The translations under genes and the position numbers were made by a program. From Clostridium thermobutyricum (GTDB taxonomy: Bacteria > Bacillota > Clostridia > Ch29): 64,000 bases of DNA. Every line of letters begins with the position of its first letter. Position 1 is the first letter of the stretch. Positions 11,150 to 20,782 of the stretch are shown one piece after another. Location of the stretch: positions 14,030 through 78,029 of the forward strand of contig JAENYX010000003.1 in NCBI GenBank assembly GCA_016841565.1, in the 5' to 3' direction. A model generated the notes under the pieces. That model had not been told where the DNA came from. It worked only from the letters and a program-made list of their open reading frames with translations, and made no database searches.

Positions 11150-13021
11150 GTGCGAAAGCTTGATAAGAGACTGGAAATAATCGTATCAATACTAGCTTCT
11201 GCCTTCGCCCTGTTCTACTTGTATACTTCCGGTTTTGGTATATTCTCCACCCAAACCAACCGGGGAGTTTTTATATTGTTTACTTTCGTTCTTTGCACAA
11301 TACTATACCCGACATATAAAAAGTCTCCATACAATAAGACTTTATATGCATTTGATATAGTTGTTGTTATACTGGCATCATGCTCAATTATTTACTGGAT
11401 GCTGGAGTATGCGGATTATGCCCGCTATCGTGTCGGCCTGCCAAACCAATGGGATACGTTTTGGGGTATAATTTTAATCTTAGTCAGTCTGGAGATAACT
11501 AGAAGGGTTATGGGCATTGTACTGCCCATTTTGGGAGCTTTATTCGTGGCTCAATTGTTTATCGGTCCCTATCTCCCAGGTATATTTGCCCATAGGGGTA
11601 TGAGTTTGCTTAGAATTGTAGAATTCCTTTTCTCAAATACAGAAGGAATTTTCGGCACAATAGCCTCGGTATTTGCCACCTACATCATGCCCTTTCTCAT
11701 ATTTGGTGCATTTCTGCAGAAATCCGGCGGAGGGGACTTTTTTATGGATTTCTCCAAGGCCGCTGCCGGGCGTATATCCGGAGGGCCAGCCCTGATAGCT
11801 ATAATCGGAAGTTCTATTTTTGGCAGTATCTCAGGCAGCGCTGTTGCCAATGTGGTGGCTACCGGCACTTTCACCATACCCATGATGAAAAAGGTTGGGT
11901 ACAAGTCGGAATTTGCCGGTGCGGTTGAGGCGTCGGCATCCACCGGAGGGCAGTTTATGCCGCCTATTATGGGAGCAGCAGCTTTTATTCTTGCTACTTT
12001 TACTGAAACGCCCTATGCCACCATAGTCATTATGGCAGTGGTCCCGGCTGTTCTTTATTACTTGTCAGTTTTACTTTCGGTGTATTTCAGGGCCCGTAAG
12101 AATAATATTTATGGTTTAAATCCCGAGGAAATTCCCAAGATTACAGATGTTCTTAAAAAAGGATGGTATTTTGGATTTACGCTGGCCTTGGCGGTAGTTC
12201 TGATTGTAGCCGGCTTCTCACCGCCGCGTGTTGCGTTTTGGTGCACGATAATAGTAATAGCCTTTAGTATGATTGACAGGTCAAACAGGTTCACCTTTAC
12301 AAAGCTTTTTAACACATTGGAAGCAGCAGGGAAAAGTGCTTTAACTGTGGGTGCAACAGCAGGGACTCTTGGCCTTATCATGGGGGGGATAACCCTGGCA
12401 GGATTAGGCGCAAAGTTTTCTCATGCCCTTATTTCTTTGGCCGGTGGAAACATATTTCTGACAATTGTATTGATAAGTTTTATAGCAGTGATTGTAGGAA
12501 TGGGGCTGCCGACAACGGCTTCATATATTGTCATGTCTATTCTTGCCGCTCCTTCGTTAATACAGTTGGGGGTACCGGCAGTTCAGGCACATATGCTTTG
12601 CTTCTGGCTGTCGGTGGTTTCAAATGTTACACCCCCTGTTTGCATTGCTGCATATGCGGCGGCAAGCATATCGGGCGGTGATCCCATGAAAACGGGAATG
12701 CACGCCTGTACACTATCGCTGTTTATATTCCTGATGCCCTTCGCATTTGTTTATTCTCCGCAAATAATGCTGATTGGGCAACTTCCGGATATACTTATTG
12801 TTATTGCATGCTTTACTCTTGCAGCATTTTCAATCTCAGCAATGACTCAGGGATGGTTCATAAAAAACCTTTCAGGTATGGAAAGAATCATCTTTGGAGC
12901 AGCTTCCATTTTATTGATATATCCAAACAGGATTATGGATGTTATAGGAATTCTCATCTTTGTCCTGATGGTATTTACACTCTATAAACAAGCCGGAAAA
13001 ATCCGGCGTATGGCAGTCTAA
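11150..13021 (+). CDS. TRAP transporter fused 4TM/12TM permease (TAXI-associated, copy 1)
   Basis: 623 aa polytopic membrane protein. It is a paralog of the 31432 and 53690 genes; all three share the motif GTFTIPxMKKxGYxxxFAGAVEAxxSxGGQ. GTG start with a GGAGG RBS. Confidence 0.85.
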   Translation: MRKLDKRLEIIVSILASAFALFYLYTSGFGIFSTQTNRGVFILFTFVLCTILYPTYKKSPYNKTLYAFDIVVVILASCSIIYWMLEYADYARYRVGLPNQWDTFWGIILILVSLEITRRVMGIVLPILGALFVAQLFIGPYLPGIFAHRGMSLLRIVEFLFSNTEGIFGTIASVFATYIMPFLIFGAFLQKSGGGDFFMDFSKAAAGRISGGPALIAIIGSSIFGSISGSAVANVVATGTFTIPMMKKVGYKSEFAGAVEASASTGGQFMPPIMGAAAFILATFTETPYATIVIMAVVPAVLYYLSVLLSVYFRARKNNIYGLNPEEIPKITDVLKKGWYFGFTLALAVVLIVAGFSPPRVAFWCTIIVIAFSMIDRSNRFTFTKLFNTLEAAGKSALTVGATAGTLGLIMGGITLAGLGAKFSHALISLAGGNIFLTIVLISFIAVIVGMGLPTTASYIVMSILAAPSLIQLGVPAVQAHMLCFWLSVVSNVTPPVCIAAYAAASISGGDPMKTGMHACTLSLFIFLMPFAFVYSPQIMLIGQLPDILIVIACFTLAAFSISAMTQGWFIKNLSGMERIIFGAASILLIYPNRIMDVIGILIFVLMVFTLYKQAGKIRRMAV

Positions 13022-13036
13022 AGGGGGCGAAATTGC

Positions 13037-13435
13037 ATGATAAAGGGATTAGGCCACATTGGCATAGCTGTTGAGGATATTGAAAGTATGGTAAAAGCAA
13101 TTTCTAAAGCTATGAATATTGCTGCTCCTGATATTATAGACAACAGCAAGATGAAGACAAAATTTGCGGTGATAGAGTCAAACGGTATTGGTATTGAAAT
13201 CCTGCAGCCATACGGAGAAACGGGTATGCTGCCAGACTATGTCAAAAAAAATGGCAGCGGGATACACCATATATGCTTGTTGACGGATAGCATTAAGGAC
13301 GATATGGAAGCACTGAAGGCCTCGGGGTTTAATTTCCGGCAGCAAAAGCCATCCATAGGGGTCAGAGGAAAGCTAAGAGCCACAACTACAGACGATGCGC
13401 TGTGCGGCATTCCTTTTGAACTATCTGAACCATAA
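13037..13435 (+). CDS. VOC (glyoxalase/bleomycin-resistance/dioxygenase) family protein, methylmalonyl-CoA-epimerase-like
   Basis: 132 aa with GHIGIAVEDIE and later HHICL metal-ligand motifs typical of VOC-fold proteins. Confidence 0.6.
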   Translation: MIKGLGHIGIAVEDIESMVKAISKAMNIAAPDIIDNSKMKTKFAVIESNGIGIEILQPYGETGMLPDYVKKNGSGIHHICLLTDSIKDDMEALKASGFNFRQQKPSIGVRGKLRATTTDDALCGIPFELSEP

Positions 13436-13496
13436 TAGGTTTTTGCAGGGCTAGAATGTAGAAATAATATTAGATAGTTATAAAGGAGAGATCATT

Positions 13497-15371
13497 ATGA
13501 AAGGTGTTTGGAACAAAATGCTTCGGGTTGACCTTACCAATAGAAAGGTCAGCGTACAGGTATTACCTGAAAAGGTCCTGGAAAACTTTATAGGAGGAGC
13601 GGGGCTGGGAGCATGGGTACTTTGGAATGAGGTTCCGTCAGAAGTAAAAGCATTGAGCCCGGAAAACCGCATAGTTTTTGCCACCGGACCGTTTCAGGGC
13701 AACCGTCAGACGGGTTCGGCCAAATGGACCATTGTATCCAAGTCACCCGCATTTGAGGCCAATGCCACGTCCTGTGTTACCTGGAAATGGGGCATTGAGT
13801 TGAAAAAGACCGGTTACGATGCTCTGGTGGTGCATGGTAAGGCGGATGCTCCCGTGTATATAAAAATTGACGATGGTGAGGTTACAGTATGTGATGCCGG
13901 GAACCTTTGGGGAAAAGATGGTTACTCAACGGAGGACTCTATCCAGGATGAGATTGGCAAGGACTTTGCCGTATCGTGTATTGGCCCGGCAGGAGAGCAG
14001 TTGGCTAAGTACGCATGCATAATAACGGGGAAATGTTCATTCGCCGGCAGGGGAGGGCTTGGAGCCGTTATGGGGTCCAAAAACCTGAAGGCGGTAGCGG
14101 TCCGCGGCTCAAAAACGGTAGAGTACGCTAACCCGGAGCAGGTGAAGGCGTTAAATAAAAAAGTTAACCGTTTGGTATTGGAAACCGACCAGGCAAAACC
14201 CTACGAGCAGCGTTCAAGGGACCACGGAACCTCGAGGGCAACTCTAAGACATGCAAGGGTGGGAAACCTGCCCGTTAAAAACTGGCAGCTGGATACATAC
14301 GAAGGATACGAAAAACTGGGGGCACCATGTTATGCCCAAACCCTGAATGTCAAACCCCATCCCTGTCCAAGCTGTACCCTTGCATGCAAGAACTATGTAA
14401 ATGTCCCGGAAGGCCCCTATTCATTTGAAGGCGAAGGGCCTGAGTACGAGTCCTATGCCATGATGGGCCATAACCTAATGATTACCGACTTAGAAGCAGT
14501 GGCCTATGCCGGGCACATGGCCAATATTTACGGGATGGACACCATATCCCTGGGGGCGTGCCTGGCGTGGGCGTATGAATCCTTTGAAAAAGGCGTGCTG
14601 ACCAGGGAGGATACATACGGACTGGAACTGACGTGGGGTAATGCCGATGCCATGGTTAAGCTGACGGAAAAGATATTGAAAAGGGAAGAGGGACTGGGTT
14701 ACATATTAGGAGAAGGCCTTATGGAAGCCGTCCGGCATTATGGTAAGGGGTCGGAGGCCTGGGCAGTATTTTGCAATGGACTGGAAATGCCTGCCCATGA
14801 CCCAAGGTCCGCCTTTGTGGCAGGGCTGTCCTATCTTACGGGGGCGTCCTGCGGGGGCAACCATGAGAAGGGAAACCCCCAGCATATATTTGTGGCCAAT
14901 ATGCGGCTACCTGAATTTGGCATAGGGGATCAGATAGAGGATGAAGAGCGGCATTCGTGGGAGAATGCGTCAAAGTATACAGTTACATTCCAGCATTATG
15001 CAAATATCATTGATTCTATGGTGCACTGCAAATTCGTGGATAGGTCCGGTTATACCATGACCCACATGCTTGACACGTATAATGCTATTACCGGCTTAAA
15101 CTGGGACTTCGAAGACTTGTTAAGGGCAGGAGAACGGATATTTACCCTTCAGCGTCTTCTGCAGCTGCGTTACGGTAGGACAATAGAACACAATAAATCA
15201 TTTCCGCAGCGTATTATGGAGCCCAAACCGGACGGATATGTGGCGGGGGTTGTACCGGAGGGCATTTTGGATGCGGTGGATGACTATTACAGGTACAGAG
15301 GCTGGGATGAAAACGGGGTACCAACCCAAGGCAAAATCAGGGAAATGGGCCTGGAGGAATTTATTAAGTAA
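13497..15371 (+). CDS. tungsten-containing aldehyde:ferredoxin oxidoreductase (AOR family)
   Basis: From my recollection of Pyrococcus AOR the alignment runs end to end (N-terminal ...RVDLT...GGAGLGAW..., AGRGGLGAVMGSKNLKAV, and the [4Fe-4S] Cys cluster CPSCTLACKNY). 624 aa, the family-typical length. Confidence 0.85.
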   Translation: MKGVWNKMLRVDLTNRKVSVQVLPEKVLENFIGGAGLGAWVLWNEVPSEVKALSPENRIVFATGPFQGNRQTGSAKWTIVSKSPAFEANATSCVTWKWGIELKKTGYDALVVHGKADAPVYIKIDDGEVTVCDAGNLWGKDGYSTEDSIQDEIGKDFAVSCIGPAGEQLAKYACIITGKCSFAGRGGLGAVMGSKNLKAVAVRGSKTVEYANPEQVKALNKKVNRLVLETDQAKPYEQRSRDHGTSRATLRHARVGNLPVKNWQLDTYEGYEKLGAPCYAQTLNVKPHPCPSCTLACKNYVNVPEGPYSFEGEGPEYESYAMMGHNLMITDLEAVAYAGHMANIYGMDTISLGACLAWAYESFEKGVLTREDTYGLELTWGNADAMVKLTEKILKREEGLGYILGEGLMEAVRHYGKGSEAWAVFCNGLEMPAHDPRSAFVAGLSYLTGASCGGNHEKGNPQHIFVANMRLPEFGIGDQIEDEERHSWENASKYTVTFQHYANIIDSMVHCKFVDRSGYTMTHMLDTYNAITGLNWDFEDLLRAGERIFTLQRLLQLRYGRTIEHNKSFPQRIMEPKPDGYVAGVVPEGILDAVDDYYRYRGWDENGVPTQGKIREMGLEEFIK

Positions 15372-15415
15372 TTCACTAAATTAAGCTTTGGATATGAGGG
15401 AGGGGAGGATGTACC

Positions 15416-15679
15416 ATGAACAGGGTAAAAGTAAAGACCTTTGGTTTTCCCGAGATCGCTGAGACTATGGGTGGTACCAGCGTAGAAATATATATTGAAG
15501 GTAATACTTTCGGAGCCTTGCTGGATGCAATCGAGGGAAAATACGGGGAGGACGCAAGAAAAGCTCTTTTAGTCCAGGTAATGAAAAACGGTAAGGAATG
15601 GATTGACAAAGAAGACATGACCATTGCCGTTGAAGATGGCGACACCTTCTCTTTCTTTACAATGATTGGTGGAGGGTGA
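15416..15679 (+). CDS. MoaD/ThiS-family sulfur-carrier-like protein (C-terminal GG)
   Basis: 87 aa ending ...FFTMIGGG, the beta-grasp C-terminal Gly-Gly signature. It lies immediately downstream of the AOR gene, mirroring the AOR plus MoaD-like (cmo) pairing known from archaeal aor loci. Confidence 0.6.
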   Translation: MNRVKVKTFGFPEIAETMGGTSVEIYIEGNTFGALLDAIEGKYGEDARKALLVQVMKNGKEWIDKEDMTIAVEDGDTFSFFTMIGGG

Positions 15680-15755
15680 TAAGCCGGACAGGACGGTATG
15701 GGAAGGATCTATCCTGGGTCCATAATAAAGAACTTTGTTGAGAGGTATACCATTG

Positions 15756-16919
15756 ATGAAGAATAATCGTTGGCTTTTGTTTTGTATTGCTACCAGTTTT
15801 TTCTGGTTTTCTCTGTATGGTTATGTTCCTATGCTGTCACCCTATTCTGAATCCATAGGTGCCAGTCATAAAATGGTTGGGCTAATACTGGGAGCCTATG
15901 GGTTTAGTCAGATAATATTTAGGATCCCTATAGGTATTTGGTCTGACAGAATATGCAGAAGAAAGCCTTTTATGATAGCCGGTCTGATTATTTCGGTAAT
16001 AAGCGGTCTGGGTATTTGGGCTTTCCCCAGTCCATGGCCCATTTTATACTTTCGGTTTTTAGCCGGAATCACAGCTGCCACATGGGCTATTGTAATTGTT
16101 TTGTTTACTGGGTATTTCCCGGAACATGAAACCTCCAAGGCGGTTGGCATAATTAATTCGTTCTATGCATCGGGGCAGGTTGCGGCCATGCTTCTTTGCG
16201 GAATTGCTGCCGAGTATTTTGGGTTAAGAGCACCTTTTCTGATTGCTTCTGCAGGAGCTTTGACCGGACTGATGCTGGCTGTAGGAATAAAGGAGAAGAG
16301 CGCAGTCAGAAGTCAACCAATAAAAATGTCGGAACTATTTGAAGTAGTGAAGGACAAGGATTTTATTTTTGTTTCAATACTTGCAATTCTGGCTCAGTTG
16401 ATTATTTATGCTACGGTATACGGTTTTACTCCGGTCTATGCCGCTGCCATCGGTGCTGCAAACTATCAATTAAGTTTGTTGACTGTTATTTCGATTATAC
16501 CGATGATTGTAGTCCCTTTATTTAGCGGTTCTTCTTTGTTTAAAAAGTACAGTGAAAGAATAATTATTGCAGCCGGTTTTTTCGTTGCCGCAATTTCTTG
16601 CGCATTAATGCCGCTTATCGGGAGCATTGCTTTATTATACATAACCCAGGCGGGTATCGGTTTGGGAAGGGGAGTGGTTTTCCCACTTCTTATGGCATTA
16701 AGTATCAGAAAAGTCCAACCGAATAAACGGGCTACGACTATGGGGGTTTTCCAGGCACTCTACGGGCTGGGCATGTCCATGGGCCCTGTTATTGTTGGCT
16801 GGTTAAGTGACATTGCGGGACTTGCCTGGGGATTTTGGGCAATATCCTGCTTCGCTGGTGTTGGCGGCTTATTAGCCTTGCGTTACATGAAAAACGAGAA
16901 TCTATCAAAAAACTTCTAG
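15756..16919 (+). CDS. MFS transporter
   Basis: 12-TM profile with the MFS loop motif GIWSDRICRRKPF between TM2 and TM3. ATG 15756 follows GAGG; the TTG at 15735 in the track is an extension. Confidence 0.8.
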   Translation: MKNNRWLLFCIATSFFWFSLYGYVPMLSPYSESIGASHKMVGLILGAYGFSQIIFRIPIGIWSDRICRRKPFMIAGLIISVISGLGIWAFPSPWPILYFRFLAGITAATWAIVIVLFTGYFPEHETSKAVGIINSFYASGQVAAMLLCGIAAEYFGLRAPFLIASAGALTGLMLAVGIKEKSAVRSQPIKMSELFEVVKDKDFIFVSILAILAQLIIYATVYGFTPVYAAAIGAANYQLSLLTVISIIPMIVVPLFSGSSLFKKYSERIIIAAGFFVAAISCALMPLIGSIALLYITQAGIGLGRGVVFPLLMALSIRKVQPNKRATTMGVFQALYGLGMSMGPVIVGWLSDIAGLAWGFWAISCFAGVGGLLALRYMKNENLSKNF

Positions 16920-16924
16920 GAAAA

Positions 16925-16949
16925 CTGCCCCCGGTTATAACCGGAGGCA
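16925..16949 (-). terminator. rho-independent terminator of the DUF2935 gene (hairpin CCGGTTATAACCGG core plus run of T on the minus strand)
   Basis: On the minus strand the sequence reads TGCCTCCGGTTATAACCGGGGGCAG followed by TTTT, immediately after the stop at 16989. Confidence 0.55.
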
Positions 16950-16988
16950 CAAAAAATAGCAGGTAACAGCAGGGCAGGAAACACCAAA

Positions 16989-17918
16989 TCAAATTATATA
17001 AGGGTAGTAGGGTGTATTTGGCGGAGGTGCCGGAGCTTTGCCGGATATCCTGTTCATTACATCAACAAAATACTGAGCTTCCCTGGCAATATGGTCCGCC
17101 AGCAGAGGCCATGCATTAACCCTTCCCGTGGGCACGGCACATTTATGGAGGGCATCGTTTACAAAGAACGAAAAATCACGGAATTCGGCGGCCAGCATGG
17201 AACTCTCATTTACCAGTTCGTCATATCCGGTGCCGGTGTTCTCCACTTCCTGGGCTCTTTCAATGTTGGCAAACATCAATCTTTCAAACTCCTCTGCCTG
17301 CAGCCTTATATCCTCCTGGATTACCGGCCTGGTCACAAGAGTGACGTGCCGGGCATGTTCTCCATGGATTCTAGAGAAAAACATGATGTTTTCAACGGCA
17401 CTGGTGAAGAGTGTATTGCCCCTCAGCATGGGAAGGATTCGCCTCGGAACCGTAATAGCTCTTTTTGTACCGTCGGGTATACCCAGAACAGCCCTTGTCG
17501 GAGTGGGCTCTCCCCTGGAATAGCGTAACTGCCCAATGAAATAGTCGGTCTCTCTTATCAAATGGTCTGCCAGTTCAGGGTCTATCAGTGACAGTATATT
17601 GCAGGCTGCGATCTCTCTGTTCAAGTAGCTTTTGAAGTTTCTGGCGGGGATTACTACATTCAGTGTCTGCCCGGTGAGGCTGAAAAGCATCTGGCTTGAT
17701 GAGGTTTCCGGTACCGGGAAAATGTATGCGTTATAGAATTTTTCCACCTCAACCTCGTACCGGTCTATTGAACGGAAGGCCCTTTCATTTCCAGGGTCCA
17801 CCGCCTGCCTGTGGAATTTGAGGTGTTCAAATACTATCCTGCCCCAAAATTTCATTTCATCAAGAGCACCCAGCAATAAATCGTACTTTATATCTTCTTT
17901 GCGAAAATACATAAACAT
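16989..17918 (-). CDS. DUF2935-family protein (function unknown)
   Basis: 309 aa. The family assignment is my recollection of Clostridial DUF2935 proteins with an internally duplicated helical fold. AAAGGGGAG RBS before ATG 17918. A pseudogene copy of its 3' end occurs at 29.6 kb. Confidence 0.5.
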   Translation of the reverse strand: MFMYFRKEDIKYDLLLGALDEMKFWGRIVFEHLKFHRQAVDPGNERAFRSIDRYEVEVEKFYNAYIFPVPETSSSQMLFSLTGQTLNVVIPARNFKSYLNREIAACNILSLIDPELADHLIRETDYFIGQLRYSRGEPTPTRAVLGIPDGTKRAITVPRRILPMLRGNTLFTSAVENIMFFSRIHGEHARHVTLVTRPVIQEDIRLQAEEFERLMFANIERAQEVENTGTGYDELVNESSMLAAEFRDFSFFVNDALHKCAVPTGRVNAWPLLADHIAREAQYFVDVMNRISGKAPAPPPNTPYYPYII

Positions 17919-18156
17919 CTCCCCTTTTATAATCTACTGTCATATTATTCAATGGGATTGCTGTTGGCGATATTAAAAATAAGCAGCCCATTGTGCAATG
18001 AAGCATAAATAGTGTATTAGCGGTTGCCTGCATCCCGGTAATTCCGGCAATAGGGCCAGTATTCAAGCACCGCAGACAATTGGAGCACAAAGAGTCTGTT
18101 GACCGGATAGGCCATATGCTATGTATAAAGGGCGGCAGATCATTACCGGTATAGTT

Positions 18157-18194
18157 CTTCCATGCTAATATCATGTATAATATTAGCATGGAAG
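18157..18194. promoter_or_regulatory. 15-bp-arm inverted repeat CTTCCATGCTAATAT-N8-ATATTAGCATGGAAG, ~60 bp upstream of the MBL hydrolase gene
   Basis: Perfect arms read directly from the sequence. It overlaps a TGTATAATAT -10-like element, so it is a candidate operator. Confidence 0.4.
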
Positions 18195-18252
18195 AGGAAT
18201 TTTGGATTCAAATCATTAATAATATAAAGATAGCAGGGCGGGAGGGTAAAAA

Positions 18253-19026
18253 ATGAAAATACACGTGCTGGTTGACAATCACGCTTCAAGGGATTTTTCT
18301 GCCGAATGGGGATTGTCGCTTTTTATTGAGAGCAGTAAGAACCTGTTGTTTGATTTTGGAAGCAGCGATCTATATATCAAAAATGCGGCCAAGCTGGGAA
18401 TTGACATCATGTCGGCGGACTGCTTTGTGTTAAGCCACGGGCACTGGGATCATGGAAACGGGCTGGAGCATATATCAGGGAAAAGGCTTATATGCCACCC
18501 CGAAGCGTTCATTAAGAGATACAGGAAGGATGGCGGTTATATAGGGCTGACTTTTGGTATTGAAGAGGCAAAAAGGAAATTTGAACTGGAATTGGCCCGC
18601 GAACCGTACATGATTGATGAGAACATAATATTCCTTGGCCAGATACCCAGCGTGGTGGATTTTGAGTCGAAAAGTACCAATTTTGTTAAGGAAGACGGCA
18701 GCATGGACCTTGTTATGGATGATTCGGCCCTTGTATTTAAAACCGGGGAAGGCCTTGTTATCATAAGCGGATGTGCCCATTCGGGCATATGCAACACTGT
18801 TGAATATGCAAAACAGGTAAGCGGCATTGACAGGGTTTTTGCGGTACTGGGAGGGTTTCATCTTAAAGGCGGTGACCGACTAACCGAAAGGACCATTGAC
18901 TATTTGATGAAATCAAATATAGAAAGTATAAGAACCAGTCACTGCACTCAGTTCGATGCCCTGGTGCAGTTTGCCAATGCTTTCGGCAGCAAGCCGTTTG
19001 CCTCGGGTATGACAATAGAGCTGTAA
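18253..19026 (+). CDS. MBL-fold metallo-hydrolase
   Basis: HxHxDH motif (SHGHWDHGNGL) plus downstream His/Asp ligands (GCAHSGICN). Confidence 0.75.
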   Translation: MKIHVLVDNHASRDFSAEWGLSLFIESSKNLLFDFGSSDLYIKNAAKLGIDIMSADCFVLSHGHWDHGNGLEHISGKRLICHPEAFIKRYRKDGGYIGLTFGIEEAKRKFELELAREPYMIDENIIFLGQIPSVVDFESKSTNFVKEDGSMDLVMDDSALVFKTGEGLVIISGCAHSGICNTVEYAKQVSGIDRVFAVLGGFHLKGGDRLTERTIDYLMKSNIESIRTSHCTQFDALVQFANAFGSKPFASGMTIEL

Positions 19027-19074
19027 AGTGAGGAAATATATAATTGATTCAAGGACAGCTGCAAGACTTCATTA

Positions 19075-19104
19075 TTGCATTTCCGTAATATGTAAATATA
19101 TAAT
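19075..19104 (+). promoter_or_regulatory. candidate sigma-A promoter of tnaA (TTGCAT-N18-TATAAT)
   Basis: -35 at 19075-19080 and -10 at 19099-19104, about 100 nt upstream of the tnaA start. Confidence 0.4.
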
Positions 19105-19135
19105 ATAGTTAGTCCTGATTATTGAGACATTCGGG

Positions 19136-19186
19136 TGGCTCCCATCCGGGCACCGCCGGGGTGGGAGCCAAGCAGCCAAATTTTTT
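19136..19186 (+). promoter_or_regulatory. GC-rich leader hairpin (TGGCTCCCA...TGGGAGCCA with an internal CCGG/CCGG stem) followed by TTTTTT in the tnaA 5' UTR; attenuator/terminator-like
   Basis: 9-bp outer stem at 19136-19144 / 19162-19170 with a structured 17-nt loop, then a T6 run at 19181-19186, 18 nt before the tnaA ATG. Confidence 0.4.
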
Positions 19187-19204
19187 AATAATAGGGGGGT
19201 AATT

Positions 19205-20578
19205 ATGAGAAAAGCAGAGCCGTTCAAGATTAAGATGGTGGAGTCAATCAACCTGATTCCGAGGGAGGAAAGGGAAAAAGCCCTAGTAAGGGCGGGGTAC
19301 AATGTATTCTCGCTGAGGGCGGAAGAAATCTACATCGACCTTCTTACCGACAGCGGAACCGGTGCAATGAGCGACAGGCAGTGGGCCGGTATGATGATGG
19401 GGGACGAGACCTATGCCGGCAGCAGGAGTTTTTTTAAACTGGAGCAGTCGGCAAAGGACATCTTCGGCTACAAGTATATAGTCCCTGCACACCAGGGCAG
19501 GGGCGCCGAGCAGGTCCTGTTCCCCACACTTGTTAAAAAGGGACAGGATGTGCTGGGGAACATGCATTTTGATACCACTATGGCGCATATAGAGCTAAGC
19601 GGCGGCAGAGCTGTAAACCTGGTGCACGAGAGGGCCTATGATACGCAGACACCGCATTCTTTCAAGGGGGATGTTGACCTTGAAAAGCTGGAGGGCTACA
19701 TTAAGGAAAGAGGCGTGGAAAACATAGCCTTCATGATTATCACCATTACCTGCAACAGTGCCGGAGGGCAGCCGGTAAGCATGGCCAACATCAAGGCCAC
19801 CAGCGAGATATGTAAAAAGTACGGGATAAAGGTATTCCTGGATGCCGCAAGGTATGCAGAGAACGCTTATTTCATCAAGACAAGGGAAGCGGGCTACCAT
19901 GATAAGCCCATACGGGAGATCGTTCGGGAAATGTTCTCCTATGCCGAGGGCTTTACTATGAGCGCCAAGAAGGACGGTCTTGTAAACATAGGCGGGCTTA
20001 TAGGAATTAAGGATGATGAGGATATATATCTGGCCTGCAGGTCTATGGTGGTACCCTTTGAAGGCTTCCCCACCTACGGCGGCTTATCGGGCAGAGACCT
20101 GGAAGCTCTTGCGGTAGGGCTGAAGGAAGGCGTTGAGGAATCATACCTTGAATACAGGATTGGCCAGGTTGCATACCTGGGGCAGAGGCTTATCGAGGGC
20201 GGCGTCCCCATCCAAACGCCCACCGGAGGCCATGCGGTATTTGTGGATGCAAAGAAGATGCTACCTCACATCCCATACCACCAGTTTCCGGCGGCGGCCC
20301 TTGCCAACGCTCTATACCTGGAAGCGGGGGTAAGGGGAGTGGAGATAGGCTCATTCCTGCTGGGCAGGGACGCCGAAACCGGCCAGCAGCTTGAATCGCC
20401 GATGGAGCTTCTGAGGCTCACCATACCCCGCAGGGTGTATACCGACAGGCACATGGACTATATTGCCGATGCGCTTATTGCGATTAATAAGAGGGCCGAC
20501 GCCATAAAGGGTGTTGAAGTGGTATATGAGCCAAAGGTGCTGAGGCACTTTACTGCAAAACTAAAGCCAGCGGAATAA
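19205..20578 (+). CDS. tnaA: tryptophanase (tryptophan indole-lyase; beta-eliminating lyase family, closely related to tyrosine phenol-lyase)
   Basis: Full-length colinearity with my recollection of E. coli TnaA, including the PLP-lysine region [12 protein letters not shown] and the C-terminus [14 protein letters not shown]. Tyrosine phenol-lyase cannot be fully excluded without a tree. Confidence 0.8.
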   Translation: MRKAEPFKIKMVESINLIPREEREKALVRAGYNVFSLRAEEIYIDLLTDSGTGAMSDRQWAGMMMGDETYAGSRSFFKLEQSAKDIFGYKYIVPAHQGRGAEQVLFPTLVKKGQDVLGNMHFDTTMAHIELSGGRAVNLVHERAYDTQTPHSFKGDVDLEKLEGYIKERGVENIAFMIITITCNSAGGQPVSMANIKATSEICKKYGIKVFLDAARYAENAYFIKTREAGYHDKPIREIVREMFSYAEGFTMSAKKDGLVNIGGLIGIKDDEDIYLACRSMVVPFEGFPTYGGLSGRDLEALAVGLKEGVEESYLEYRIGQVAYLGQRLIEGGVPIQTPTGGHAVFVDAKKMLPHIPYHQFPAAALANALYLEAGVRGVEIGSFLLGRDAETGQQLESPMELLRLTIPRRVYTDRHMDYIADALIAINKRADAIKGVEVVYEPKVLRHFTAKLKPAE

Positions 20579-20586
20579 ATGTAAGG

Positions 20587-20636
20587 GAGCATCGCAGGAC
20601 CGGTTGAACTGGGGCGGTGCTCTTTTCTTATTTTGT
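20587..20636 (+). terminator. rho-independent terminator of tnaA
   Basis: Stem GAGCATCGC / GCGGTGCTC (one G-U pair) with a 17-nt loop, followed by TTTTCTTATTTTG. Confidence 0.55.
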
Positions 20637-20663
20637 TTTGCATGCAAGCAAATGGAGCAAGCA

Positions 20664-20710
20664 CTAAACACAAATGAACACGTCGATATGACGTGTTCAT
20701 TTGTGTTTAG
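20664..20710. repeat. 47-bp perfect palindrome (21-bp arms CTAAACACAAATGAACACGTC / GACGTGTTCATTTGTGTTTAG, 5-nt spacer)
   Basis: Exact reverse complementarity verified base by base. It lies between the tnaA terminator and the GntR-family gene. Confidence 0.9.
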
Positions 20711-20782
20711 CAGTGAAGCTGCGGCAAGCAAAAAAGAGTGGAAATATGAAAAATTATGTAGTATAATGTAGTCAAATACAAT

